A stretch of DNA of 64,000 nucleotides, taken from Candidatus Poribacteria bacterium (GTDB taxonomy: Bacteria > Poribacteria > WGA-4E > WGA-3G). The DNA is taken from contig OZ251518.1 in the NCBI GenBank assembly GCA_965242965.1, forward strand, positions 1,120,001 through 1,184,000, given 5' to 3'. Shown here one piece after another: positions 50,449-60,328 of the stretch. A model generated the notes under the pieces. That model was not told the DNA's origin, ran no database searches, and saw nothing but the letters and a program-made list of their open reading frames with translations. Both the position numbers and the translations under genes were made by a program. Positions within the stretch are counted from its first letter, which is position 1, and every line of letters begins with the position of its first letter.

Positions 50449-51960
50449 ATGGAAGAAAAATTTCAAACTCTCAAAACCCGTTTGATGGAAGTTGATGACT
50501 TGTCGTCAGCGGCAGGGCTGCTCTACTGGGATCAATCCACCTATATGCCGCCCGGCGGTGCCGCTGCACGGGCACGTCAAACCGCGACGCTCACCCGCTT
50601 AGCACACGAAAAATTTACCGACCCGGGCATCGGGAAGTTGTTAGACGCACTGGTGCCTTACGAAGAAAGCCTCCCTTACGATTCCGATGAGGCAAGCCTG
50701 CTGCGCGTTACACGGCGCAAATATGAACGTGCCATTAAAATCCCATCCGAATTCACGGCGGAGGTAGCGAACCACACCGCCATCTCCTATCAGGTTTGGA
50801 CGGAGGCGCGTCCGGCGAACGACTTTGAGCGGGTGCGTCCCTATTTGGAGAAAACGCTGACATATAGTCGCCAAGCCGCCGATTTCTTTCCGGACTATGA
50901 ACACATCGCCGACCCGCTGATTGAATTGAGCGATTACGGCATGAAGGCCACCGATATCAGCCGCATCTTTGCCAACTTGCGCGAAGAGCTCGTCCCTATT
51001 GCGCAAGCGATTACGGCGCAGCCGCCTGCCGATGATGCCTGCCTGCGCAAGAATTTTCCGGAGGCGCAGCAGTTCGAGTTCAGCATGGATGTCGCTCAGC
51101 GGTTCGGCTATGAACTTCAGCGAGGTAGGCGGGACCAGACGCACCACCCCTTTATGACAAAATTCTCCCTCGGCGATGTCCGTATCACAACCCGTTCCAG
51201 GGAGAACAAGATTAGCGACGCATTGTTTACCACGTTCCACGAAACTGGGCACGCGCTTTATGAACAAGGCATCCGCATGGAATTGGAAGCCACGCCGCTC
51301 GCCAGAGGCACGTCGTCCGGTGTGCATGAAAGTCAATCGCGGTTGTGGGAGAACATCGTCGGACGGAGCCGCGGGTTTTGGCACTGTTTTTATCCAAAGT
51401 TGCAAAGTATTTTTCCAACGCAGCTCGGCGATGTCTCGCTAGACGAGTTCTACCGTGCGATTAACAAGGTGGAACGTTCGCTCATCCGCACGGACGCAGA
51501 CGAGGTTACCTACAACCTACACGTCATGTTGCGTTTCGATTTCGAGTTAGCGATGCTTGAGGGGAACCTTGAAATTCGCGATCTGCCGGATGCATGGCGC
51601 GAACGCTTTGAGGCAGATTTCGGTATCGTGCCACCAGATGACAAGGACGGTGTCTTGCAAGACGTGCATTGGTATTTCGGGCTTATCGGCGGTGCGTTCC
51701 AAGGTTACACGTTGGGCAATATCTTGGGCTCGCAATTTTTCGCATCCGCGCTGGCAGCCCATCCGGGAATCCTCGCCGAGATAGAGCGCGGTGAGTTCGG
51801 CACCTTGCACACGTGGTTGAAGGAGAACCTCTACCAACACGGCTCAAAGTATACCGCGCCGGAAATCATCGAACGCGCGACGGGCACGTCTCTGTCAATT
51901 GAACCCTATATCGCCTATCTCCGAACGAAATACGGGGAACTGTATGAGTTGGGGGATTAA
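50449..51960 (+). CDS. Carboxypeptidase M32 (Taq-like)
   Basis: HPF, DVRITTR, HETGH, HESQS, IRTDADE, QDVHW. Confidence 0.95.
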   Translation: MEEKFQTLKTRLMEVDDLSSAAGLLYWDQSTYMPPGGAAARARQTATLTRLAHEKFTDPGIGKLLDALVPYEESLPYDSDEASLLRVTRRKYERAIKIPSEFTAEVANHTAISYQVWTEARPANDFERVRPYLEKTLTYSRQAADFFPDYEHIADPLIELSDYGMKATDISRIFANLREELVPIAQAITAQPPADDACLRKNFPEAQQFEFSMDVAQRFGYELQRGRRDQTHHPFMTKFSLGDVRITTRSRENKISDALFTTFHETGHALYEQGIRMELEATPLARGTSSGVHESQSRLWENIVGRSRGFWHCFYPKLQSIFPTQLGDVSLDEFYRAINKVERSLIRTDADEVTYNLHVMLRFDFELAMLEGNLEIRDLPDAWRERFEADFGIVPPDDKDGVLQDVHWYFGLIGGAFQGYTLGNILGSQFFASALAAHPGILAEIERGEFGTLHTWLKENLYQHGSKYTAPEIIERATGTSLSIEPYIAYLRTKYGELYELGD

Positions 51961-51965
51961 AAAGT

Positions 51966-52484
51966 GAGGGTGTTTCATAAATCGCTCAACGCCGCGGGGA
52001 CAGGCCTCCGCGATGCGGTAAAAAACGCCTCCCTTCACGTAGGGCGAGGGACAGGCCCTCGCCATGCCTCGATCGGCACGGAAAACGGCCTGGGTCGGCG
52101 TGCGTTTTTCGCGCGGGTCGGGCACTCGCGGGGGACAGGCCCCCGCGCTCCGGGAAAAACAACGTGCCGCATACCGTAGGGCGAGGGCCTGTCCCTCGCC
52201 ATGCCTCGATCGGAACGGGGAATGGCGTTGGTCTGCGTTCGTTTTTCGCGCAGGTCGGGCGAGCCCGAACTACAGGCTCCTCAAGGTCCTTTAGGACCTG
52301 AAGAGATTTTTTACGGATGCGATCGCGGGGGACAGGCCCCCGCGCTACGGGCCAGGAAGGGGTCCTCCTCGTCATGCGCCGTTCGGGAGCAGGCGCTCCC
52401 GAACTACAAAGGTGATGCGGTCTGGCAGCCAAAAGCATGGCGAGCGGGTTTCCCTCGCCATTGAGCGATTTATGAAACACCCTC
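51966..52484. mobile_element. TIR-bounded MITE-like REP cassette with perfect 24-bp TIRs
   Basis: GAGGGTGTTTCATAAATCGCTCAA...TTGAGCGATTTATGAAACACCCTC. Confidence 0.85.
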
Positions 52485-52561
52485 AGATTATCCTGCCATC
52501 CGATTTTGAGGGCGGATTGGGACAAGACTTGACACAATCGCGTGAATAAGGAGAACCGCTC

Positions 52562-53083
52562 ATGAACAACAGATTGATGTTCATCATCCTTGCGCTCTGC
52601 GGTTTCTTGCAGGCGTGCGGCGGACTCAAACTGACTGACATCCCCAAAAGCACCGCCGCTCTGCAACTCACCGAAAGCCAAAAGCAGGCGATTCAACCGA
52701 AATTGCAGCTCATCAGCGACATCGTTGAGGACTACAATTTCGAGAAGAAGCAGCTGGAGACAGACTATCAGCTGTTGCGTTCCGGCACCAGACAACGGCA
52801 GTTCGACCGGTATTCTGAAGGCTACTTCGACCCGGGCAGACGACGTGAATTAACTGCTTTCCGAGAAGAAGCGCGGAAATTTATGCGGCAGCGCGAACTA
52901 TTTCTCAAGGAAATCGAGAAATTGTTAAAGGAAATAGCGGCGGAGCTAACAGCGACGCAGCAGGACAAACTTGCGGAACTAAAAATGCCAGAACTCATCA
53001 TCCCGATGATGCTCCGGCCAGATGATTACAACGCGCTTCGCTATATTCCGAATCACCCACTCGGTGGGACAAACCTCTTTTGA
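52562..53083 (+). CDS. Hypothetical helical lipoprotein (Spy/CpxP-like)
   Basis: SD AGGAG, lipobox LQAC, LTESQK and LTATQQ motifs. Confidence 0.65.
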   Translation: MNNRLMFIILALCGFLQACGGLKLTDIPKSTAALQLTESQKQAIQPKLQLISDIVEDYNFEKKQLETDYQLLRSGTRQRQFDRYSEGYFDPGRRRELTAFREEARKFMRQRELFLKEIEKLLKEIAAELTATQQDKLAELKMPELIIPMMLRPDDYNALRYIPNHPLGGTNLF

Positions 53084-53100
53084 CTTGCAGGTTGTGTTCA

Positions 53101-53889
53101 ATGCACTATTTCCGATGGAAGTGGCACTCACTTCTCCTGATTTCCCTCTGCTTCGCTTTATTGGGCTCTGCCGCTGCACAGGTGAACATTTTCACAGGTG
53201 AAACACTGAAGCAGATGCAGTTGGAGTCGGGATGGTATAACAGCGTCTCGCTTGATGCAACCTATCTCGCTGGCAATACGGAATTGTTGACGCTGATAAC
53301 GCGATGCCGTTCGGATTACCTCGCGAAAACGTATCACGGGTTCGTTTTTGGCAGTCTGCAACTTGGCAGAAAAAGTGGCACGTTTTTCACGAACAAAGGC
53401 ATCGCACATGGACGTATTATCCGAAGAGTGACGCGGCACTTCGCCGTGGAGGGATTTGTTCAGAAGCAATTCAATACCTCCATTCTGCTGAGCGACCGGA
53501 ATTTAGCGGGTGGCGGTGCTCGCTTCGCCGTGATGCCTGCAAGTCAACGAATGAACGTTTACCTCGGCATCGGTGCAATGTGGGAGCATGAACGGCTGAA
53601 CGCCGCGAAGGCTGACGAAATGAACACTCGCATCATCCGCGCAACCAACTATATCAATTGGAGCGGACAGCTCAGCGAACGCATCACTACCAGTGCGACC
53701 GGCTATTATCAGGTGCATGTCAATCGCCTCGCAGATTACCGCATCCTTTTTGAGGGAAACGTCACCTTCCAGTTGACACCGCGGCTCGCATTCCCACTGC
53801 GCGTCAACTTCCGATATGATAGCGAACCGCCAACCAGCATAGAAAAATATGATGTGGAAATTTTTAACGGATTGCGGTATACTTTCTAG
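53101..53889 (+). CDS. DUF481-like outer-membrane beta-barrel
   Basis: Signal peptide, GNT, RNLAGGGAR, YDSEP, terminal YTF; start uncertain. Confidence 0.7.
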   Translation: MHYFRWKWHSLLLISLCFALLGSAAAQVNIFTGETLKQMQLESGWYNSVSLDATYLAGNTELLTLITRCRSDYLAKTYHGFVFGSLQLGRKSGTFFTNKGIAHGRIIRRVTRHFAVEGFVQKQFNTSILLSDRNLAGGGARFAVMPASQRMNVYLGIGAMWEHERLNAAKADEMNTRIIRATNYINWSGQLSERITTSATGYYQVHVNRLADYRILFEGNVTFQLTPRLAFPLRVNFRYDSEPPTSIEKYDVEIFNGLRYTF

Positions 53890-53910
53890 AAACACAACAG
53901 GAGTGAACCG

Positions 53911-54858
53911 ATGAAATCAATAGCGAAAATTGTCTGTATCGGGCTCTGTCTCATCGCGATGCAGAACGTCGGGTGGACAGACGGCCATCTACAGATTAAG
54001 GAGACAGAGAAACAGCTCGTCTTAACCGGTGAAATTTCCAAAGCACTCGGCGAATACGATGCGCATTTACAAGGCGCAGTCGAATATCTCCTCTGTGCGC
54101 GCGGCGGCAAGGAATACGAAAGCATTGTTGTCGTGAACGCAACAGCGAAGGAACTTCACGCTGCACTCAACACCCTCGGCGTTGAACCCGGCACGCCGCC
54201 CGGCTACGACATGGAAACCGATGAACCCACTCCGCCGAAAGGGCAAACGGTTGTCATTTCGGTGGCGTGGACAGCAGCAGGGGAAACCCAGAAAGTGCGC
54301 GCGGAGGAACTGCTATTCAACGTCAAAACGCAGAAACCGATGCAACACGTCGCCTGGATTTACACCGGTTCGCGCATCGTGCCAGACTTGGAGAGCGACG
54401 ATGAAGACGCAATGCTGCCGCAAGCGTTCATGAGCAACGATATTGTCGCCTTGAATCATCTCGATGGAAGCGCGCTCTTCCAGAACCCCTTAACCGAAGC
54501 GGCAGAGGAAAATCTCTATCAGAAAAACGACGCGCTGTTACCACCCCTCGGCACACCCGTTCAGGTGACGATTGAGGTGAATCAAAAGATGCAATTTTAC
54601 GTTCTTATCAGCGGCAAGGTGCAAGGTGTCGGCTTCCGCAATTTTACCCAACGCAACGCGAAGGAACTCGGCGTGAACGGCTATGCCAAGAATTTGGCGA
54701 ACGGTAAGGTGGAAGTTGTCGCCGAGGGGGATAAGGCACAGTTAGACGCGTTGGTAGCGTTGCTAAGGCGCGGACCGCGCTACGCAAGGGTTGATTCGCT
54801 TGAAATTGACGAACGTCCCTTCACCGGAGAGTATCAGTCTTTTGGAATCCGCTATTGA
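53911..54858 (+). CDS. YdjY-like domain fused to acylphosphatase
   Basis: EYLLC..GGKEYES...LPPLGTPV; C-terminal ISGKVQGVGFR...NLANGKVEVVAEG. Confidence 0.8.
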   Translation: MKSIAKIVCIGLCLIAMQNVGWTDGHLQIKETEKQLVLTGEISKALGEYDAHLQGAVEYLLCARGGKEYESIVVVNATAKELHAALNTLGVEPGTPPGYDMETDEPTPPKGQTVVISVAWTAAGETQKVRAEELLFNVKTQKPMQHVAWIYTGSRIVPDLESDDEDAMLPQAFMSNDIVALNHLDGSALFQNPLTEAAEENLYQKNDALLPPLGTPVQVTIEVNQKMQFYVLISGKVQGVGFRNFTQRNAKELGVNGYAKNLANGKVEVVAEGDKAQLDALVALLRRGPRYARVDSLEIDERPFTGEYQSFGIRY

Positions 54859-54859
54859 G

Positions 54860-55474
54860 ATGCATCCGAAACCCATGTCTTTGAAGATAGGGGGCATCCT
54901 CCTCGCCGCCGGACTCTCTACCCGCATGGGTGAACCGAAGCAGCTGCTCCCGTTTGGCGAAAGCACCATCGTTGAGACGGTTGTCGACAGCATGCTGATG
55001 TCCAAACTTGACAGCGTTATCGTTGTCGTCGGGCATTGCGCAGCACTGGTTCGGGAAAAATTGGGGACGAGACCGGTTGAAATCGTTTGTAACCCCCTCT
55101 ATCGCGATGGAATGTTGTCTTCCGCGCAGTGCGGCGTGCGCGCGCTGGATAAAACGACAGAAGCCTTCGCGCTCATGCTCGTAGATCAGCCGTTCATTAC
55201 GCCCGCGCTCATTGATACGGTGGTAGACGCTTACGCGCAAACCGAGAAAGGCATTGCCGTGCCGAGTTACAACTATCGCCGCGGCCATCCCGCCATTTTC
55301 CATCGGCGGTATGCCGACGATATCCTCGCGTTAGCCGCAGACAGCGGCGGCGTGCGAACGCTTTTCAAAACGTCCGATGATGACATTCACTACGTTACTG
55401 TGGATACAGAACGGGTGTTGCGGGACATCGATTACCGCGAAGATTACGAACGCGCACTTCAGGGAGCGCGATAA
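54860..55474 (+). CDS. MocA/MobA-like nucleotidyltransferase
   Basis: LLAAGLSTRMGEPKQLL, DQP, GHPAIF, DID. Confidence 0.88.
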   Translation: MHPKPMSLKIGGILLAAGLSTRMGEPKQLLPFGESTIVETVVDSMLMSKLDSVIVVVGHCAALVREKLGTRPVEIVCNPLYRDGMLSSAQCGVRALDKTTEAFALMLVDQPFITPALIDTVVDAYAQTEKGIAVPSYNYRRGHPAIFHRRYADDILALAADSGGVRTLFKTSDDDIHYVTVDTERVLRDIDYREDYERALQGAR

Positions 55475-55479
55475 ACTGA

Positions 55480-55866
55480 ATGGAGGTTCATATCATCATT
55501 TCACCACAAGAATGCTCGGCGATTATCGCCTACCTCAATGTTATGACAACGCTGAACGGTAAACCGGAACAGCAAGATACGGCAGAGACAGATGTCCCTC
55601 TCATACCGCATCGAGAGGAGAAAGTGGGGAGGCCGCCTGGGCTACCCCGCTTAAAACTGTCGGAGTTGTTAGCGCAAGACCCGGGCTATGCAGAGCACAT
55701 TGCGGCTGTGAAAGCCGCGGGACTCAAGCCGCATCGCGAGGAAAAGAAGGGGCGGCCCCCGGGGCTACCCCGTTTGAAACTGGCAGACCTGCTTGCCACA
55801 GCGCGGGATAAGGAACCTGATGGGGAATGGGACACCGGACCGGATGTGGGTTACGAAATATGGTGA
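55480..55866 (+). CDS. Putative MazE-like antitoxin with internal duplication
   Basis: Overlaps the toxin start; C-terminus LADLLA...EWDTGPDVGYEIW is MazE-like. Confidence 0.65.
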   Translation: MEVHIIISPQECSAIIAYLNVMTTLNGKPEQQDTAETDVPLIPHREEKVGRPPGLPRLKLSELLAQDPGYAEHIAAVKAAGLKPHREEKKGRPPGLPRLKLADLLATARDKEPDGEWDTGPDVGYEIW

Positions 55867-56222
55867 GCCAGACGCTATATGACACTGCCTATGTCCCCGC
55901 GCGAGGCGATGTGGTGCAGATTAACTTAGAGCCCCAAGTAGGAACTGAGATTCGGAAACGTCGTCCGGCTCTTGTTCTTTCCTCATGGGATTTTAACATC
56001 CAACAAAAGGCAGCGGTTATTTGCCCTATCACTCGCACCGTCAGGGGCACTGATTTTGAAGTTACCGTCCCGGAAGGGCTCGCTGTGGAAGGTGTCATCC
56101 GCGCCGATCAGGTTAAGTGCCTTGATTGGCGGGAGAGAAATGCAAGGTTCTTGACATATCTGCCTGAGGAGACAGTCACTGCGGTTTCCAACCGAATTGA
56201 AGCAATTATCTGGGGAGAGTAA
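55860..56222 (+). CDS. mazF: MazF/PemK family endoribonuclease toxin
   Basis: PARGDVV, GTEIRKRRPALVLS, CPIT, DQVKCLDWRER. Confidence 0.92.
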   Translation: MVSQTLYDTAYVPARGDVVQINLEPQVGTEIRKRRPALVLSSWDFNIQQKAAVICPITRTVRGTDFEVTVPEGLAVEGVIRADQVKCLDWRERNARFLTYLPEETVTAVSNRIEAIIWGE

Positions 56223-56262
56223 CTCCGTTGCATCGTTTGCAACAGAAATGCCGTATCAGATT

Positions 56263-57147
56263 ATGTTTAAATCCATCGAAAACGTCCAAGCCGTATGCCA
56301 AAAGCATGCGTATATCGCCGATAAGGGGTTAGCGACAACCCTTTACCTCGCGCACCATCTCAAAAAGCCGATTTTTTTGGAAGGTGAACCCGGTGTCGGC
56401 AAGACAGAAGTCGCCAAAGTCCTCGCCGAGGCGACCGGGGCGAAACTCATCCGCCTGCAGTGCTACGAAGGGTTAGACGCAAACAGCGCATTGTATGAGT
56501 GGAACTACACACGGCAAATCTTGCAACTTCGCATTGACGAAGCGCGCGGCCGCGACAAAGCCGAAATCGGCACAGACCTTTTCAGCGAGGCGTTTTTGTT
56601 GAAGCGGCCCCTGCTTGAAGCCATTCAAAGCGACAGCGATGTGCAACCCGTCTTGCTCATCGACGAAGTAGACAGGAGTGACAGCGAATTTGAGGCGTTT
56701 CTGCTGGAAATTCTGTCCGATTTCCAGATTACCATCCCGGAAATCGGCACTATCCGCGCCAAACATATCCCCTATGTCGTCCTCACCTCTAATCGGACAC
56801 GGGAGGTGCATGAGGCTCTCAAACGCCGTTGTCTCTATCAGTGGCTCGATTATCCCTCCGTAGCGAAGGAGTTGGCCATCGTTCAGGCAAAATTGCCCCA
56901 AATCAACGAGCAACTCGCCGCGCAGCTGTGCCAAATGATGCAGTTCTGGCGCGAAGGGGACTACTACAAGAAACCGGGTGTCGCGGAGACGCTGGATTGG
57001 GGATTGGCACTCATCGCGCTCGGCAAGGCGCAACTGGACACCGAAGTCATCGAGGAAACGCTAGGGTGCGTTTTCAAATATCAGGACGATATCCAACGCG
57101 CACGCAGCGCGGAACTGAACGTTCTATCTGAAGGGAATGGAAACTGA
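56263..57147 (+). CDS. MoxR-family AAA+ ATPase (CoxD-like)
   Basis: EGEPGVGKT, RLQCYEGLD, YEWNY, LIDEVDR, ALKRRC, PGVAETLDW. Confidence 0.9.
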   Translation: MFKSIENVQAVCQKHAYIADKGLATTLYLAHHLKKPIFLEGEPGVGKTEVAKVLAEATGAKLIRLQCYEGLDANSALYEWNYTRQILQLRIDEARGRDKAEIGTDLFSEAFLLKRPLLEAIQSDSDVQPVLLIDEVDRSDSEFEAFLLEILSDFQITIPEIGTIRAKHIPYVVLTSNRTREVHEALKRRCLYQWLDYPSVAKELAIVQAKLPQINEQLAAQLCQMMQFWREGDYYKKPGVAETLDWGLALIALGKAQLDTEVIEETLGCVFKYQDDIQRARSAELNVLSEGNGN

Positions 57148-58859
57148 TGAACCCAGAGAATAAAAACCAACGTGTCGAACGGAAAGAAGGCCGCAATTCG
57201 CGCGCCACTATACCAGTATTCCGGGGCATCGGCTACCTACTCTTGGTGGCAGCCGCCTTTTGCACCATGATTCCGCTCCTATGGCTGTTGGCTTCCTCTT
57301 TTAAAACCGCCAACGAGATCTTCGCCGTTCCGATTCAGTGGCTTCCGAAATTACCTCCGCGCGTTGAAACTTCACCTTACATCGTCACGGATGCCTATCC
57401 AGTGATGAAGAAACCGAAAGCGATGGACGCGGCGACTTGGGAAATGCTCCAGCCGCAACTTGAAGAGGCGATTTGGGAAGAAGTGCAGGCACACCTCTCA
57501 ACGAATGCACGCCTCGCTAATCACATCCCGTCTCCAGAGTTGCGCACCGAGGTAACCGAAGGAATTTGGCACGGACTCCCCGGTAGAGATAGCCTCCCGA
57601 TTGCAGAACCCGTATCCCTCATCACCGAAGTGCAACGCGCGATTATCCCCGAAGCGATTGACACCATCTGGGATGCAGTCTACCGCGAAGTGGCAGTCGG
57701 CACGCTGCAGATAGAAGATGTCCAATTCAACCGCACGTCGGTTACAAACATAGCATGGCAGCCAGCATCGGATGCGCTGAAAAACATTCGGAAATCTGAT
57801 GACGCACAAACGCAAGCCAGCCTCTCATACAATTTTCAGAACGCCGATAGCGCGCGGTTGACAGCGAACGTTACCTCTCCCTTCCCGATACAACAGCTTC
57901 GACTCATCACGCTGCCCGTGCGTGGCGATGCGTCATATCATCGTCTCTCGCTCACAGTTACCGTTGATGGCACGACTTATGAACCGACGCGGCCCTTTGT
58001 GTTAGAGAGCGCGTTGTGGGAGAATGTCGCGTGGCGGTTACAAGGCATTCCCGGTGAACTAGAGTCCTCGCATATCCCGATGCAGCAAACTGATGCCCGC
58101 GCGCAAGGCATCCATACTTCCAAAACGCAAACCTTGAAATTGGAATTGACGCTCAACCAGCCACCTTATCTCGCCATTGCGTGGGACAAGTTCACCGCCA
58201 ACTATCGGAATTTGTGGAAAACCGTGCCGTTCAATCGGTATTTTATCAACAGCGTTTTCATCGCGACCGCGTCAACGCTGCTCACGCTATTTTTCTGTTC
58301 ACTCGGCGGTTATGCATTTGCCAAATACCGTTTCCGCGGACAGAAAATCCTATTCGGCATCCTCCTCGCTTCAATGATGGTGCCTTTTCAGGTGCTGCTC
58401 GTCCCGCTGTTCGGGCTCATGTATGACATCGGCTGGCTGAACAGCTACAAAGCGATTATTATCCCGTTTTCGGTGGGCGCGTTCGGTGTCTTTTTGATGC
58501 GCCAGTTTATCGTCACTATCCCAACCGAACTCCTCGATGCCGCGCGCATTGACGGCTGTTCCGAGTTCGGCATCTATTACCGCATCGTGCTGCCGATTAT
58601 TAAACCTGCACTCGGCGCACTGACTATCTATTCATTTTTGGGCTCATGGAACGGCTATCTCTGGCCGCTCATCATCCTGCGCGATGAATCAAAGTATACG
58701 CTGCCGATCGGTTTGGCGAACCTCGTTGGCATCTATCGCCAAGATTACGGGATGTTGATGGCTGGCACACTGCTGTCATTAATGCCCATCGTTATCCTCT
58801 TTCTAGCGATGCAACGGGAATTTGTGCAGGGAATTACCCTCGGCAGCGTCAAGGAGTAA
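57147..58859 (+). CDS. Carbohydrate ABC permease (MalG-like) with large insertion
   Basis: PLLWLLASSFK; NYRNLW...NS, GYAFAK, ELLDAARIDG, SWNGYLWPL. Confidence 0.85.
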   Translation: MNPENKNQRVERKEGRNSRATIPVFRGIGYLLLVAAAFCTMIPLLWLLASSFKTANEIFAVPIQWLPKLPPRVETSPYIVTDAYPVMKKPKAMDAATWEMLQPQLEEAIWEEVQAHLSTNARLANHIPSPELRTEVTEGIWHGLPGRDSLPIAEPVSLITEVQRAIIPEAIDTIWDAVYREVAVGTLQIEDVQFNRTSVTNIAWQPASDALKNIRKSDDAQTQASLSYNFQNADSARLTANVTSPFPIQQLRLITLPVRGDASYHRLSLTVTVDGTTYEPTRPFVLESALWENVAWRLQGIPGELESSHIPMQQTDARAQGIHTSKTQTLKLELTLNQPPYLAIAWDKFTANYRNLWKTVPFNRYFINSVFIATASTLLTLFFCSLGGYAFAKYRFRGQKILFGILLASMMVPFQVLLVPLFGLMYDIGWLNSYKAIIIPFSVGAFGVFLMRQFIVTIPTELLDAARIDGCSEFGIYYRIVLPIIKPALGALTIYSFLGSWNGYLWPLIILRDESKYTLPIGLANLVGIYRQDYGMLMAGTLLSLMPIVILFLAMQREFVQGITLGSVKE

Positions 58860-58863
58860 CATT

Positions 58864-59175
58864 ATGTCAGACTATATCACCGTCACAAAAACATCAGCGA
58901 TTCGCGAAGGGCGCGGCAAAGCGTTTACTGTCAACGGCAGGCGCGTCGCCATCTTCAACGAAAACGGCGAATTCTGCGCCGTTGACAACACCTGTCCACA
59001 TGCCTTGGGCTCCCTCGGCAAAGGCAGAATTCGGAACGGCATTGCGGTGTGTCCGGTTCACGGCTACGCCTACGATACGAAAACGGGTGAGTGCCCCACC
59101 GACCCGAGGCTCCGCATCAGGACATATCCGCTCATCGTCGAAGATGAGGAGATTAAGGTTCTGGTAGAACGTTAA
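58864..59175 (+). CDS. Rieske 2Fe-2S ferredoxin (NirD-like)
   Basis: CPH...CPVH motifs. Confidence 0.88.
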   Translation: MSDYITVTKTSAIREGRGKAFTVNGRRVAIFNENGEFCAVDNTCPHALGSLGKGRIRNGIAVCPVHGYAYDTKTGECPTDPRLRIRTYPLIVEDEEIKVLVER

Positions 59176-59310
59176 AAAGGGGGCAACTGCACAAATTCGT
59201 GCAGTGTTCCTCTACTATTTGCCCCTAACGGTGCAAATTACCCCCTTTACCGCGCCGCACGCCCATCTTTTTCTGGCACAGAAATTGCTTGATACCAAAT
59301 AACGTTAACT

Positions 59311-59389
59311 GAGGGTGTTTCATATCTCGATTTTCCCGTAGCGCGGGGAACAGGCCCCCGCGACGTTAGGCGATTTATGAAACACCCTG
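59311..59389. mobile_element. Minimal TIR-bounded element with a single REP
   Basis: GAGGGTGTTTCATATCTC, one hairpin, ATTTATGAAACACCCT. Confidence 0.8.
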
Positions 59390-59433
59390 AGATAAATTGG
59401 TAAAAGCAAACCTGTAAAAAGGAAACGACACCC

Positions 59434-60228
59434 GTGCAGTGCATACCCACAACTTCCATCGCATCACATCGCGTGACGCGTCTCATCATCGGCGGCAATC
59501 CGTATAGCGGCATCTCGCATCACTCCCCGGCGAAATCGCAGGAGATGGAGGATTACTACACCACCCGCCAAATCATTTCTGACTTGCGGCAAGCGGAGGC
59601 GTGCGGCATTAACACGCTCCTCGCCCGCGCCGATAGGCACATCATGCGAACCTTCAACGAATATCGCAACGAAGGCGGGACACTCCAGTGGATAGCGCAA
59701 ACCCCAAAGGATACCGAATACGCAGACCTCGGTGCCTATCTTGAGATTATAGCGCGCTACAAGCCGATTGCCATCTACCATCACGGCGGGACAACCGATA
59801 AACTCTACGCGCAAGGGAAACTTGCCTCACTACGCGAAGACCTCAAACGCATCCGAGAGCTCGGCTGTGCCGTCGGCATCGGCACGCACGAACCGAACGT
59901 TCTCAACCACTGTTACGCTGAAGGATATGACGTTGACTTTTATGTCTGCGCGTTGTATAATCATACACGTCACCGAGAGTTATATTTACCGAATGACCGG
60001 GGGCAGGCCCTCGCCGCCATCCAAGCGATTCCCGTGCCTGTCATCGCCATCAAGGTGCTAGCCGCTGGCAGAAACGAGCCGCGCGCGGCATTTCAATGCG
60101 CCCTAGAAAACCTGAAACGCACCGACGCAATGGCAGTCGGCATGTATACCCAATTTCAGTCAGACCAGGTGCACCAAAACGCGCGGATTGTCAAGGAACT
60201 GATGAGGACTGAAATTTTTTCAGCGTAG
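59434..60228 (+). CDS. Aldo/keto-reductase-like TIM-barrel protein
   Basis: VTRLIIGGNP, GIGTH, IAIKVLAAGR. Confidence 0.65.
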   Translation: MQCIPTTSIASHRVTRLIIGGNPYSGISHHSPAKSQEMEDYYTTRQIISDLRQAEACGINTLLARADRHIMRTFNEYRNEGGTLQWIAQTPKDTEYADLGAYLEIIARYKPIAIYHHGGTTDKLYAQGKLASLREDLKRIRELGCAVGIGTHEPNVLNHCYAEGYDVDFYVCALYNHTRHRELYLPNDRGQALAAIQAIPVPVIAIKVLAAGRNEPRAAFQCALENLKRTDAMAVGMYTQFQSDQVHQNARIVKELMRTEIFSA

Positions 60229-60302
60229 TGCGGGGGCCTGTCCCCCGCATTCTCAAGGCACTGATATTTTTCAGCGTAGTGCGGGGGCCTGTCCCCCGCA
60301 TT
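60216..60302. repeat. Two tandem GTAG-REPs, 51-bp period
   Basis: TTTTTCAGCGTAGTGCGGGGGCCTGTCCCCCGCATT x2. Confidence 0.85.
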
Positions 60303-60328
60303 GCCAAGGCTGATAAGGAACTCAAATC

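Noticed and set aside
48811-51405. Long antisense ORFs (48811-49608, 50641-51405; also 16111-16893)
   Set aside because: Shadows of well-supported genes on the opposite strand, with no recognisable motifs
59289-59405. Possible outer inverted repeat (TTGATACCAAAT...AATTGGTAAAA) around the minimal element
   Set aside because: Short and imperfect; seen only a few times (also 62281), too weak to call
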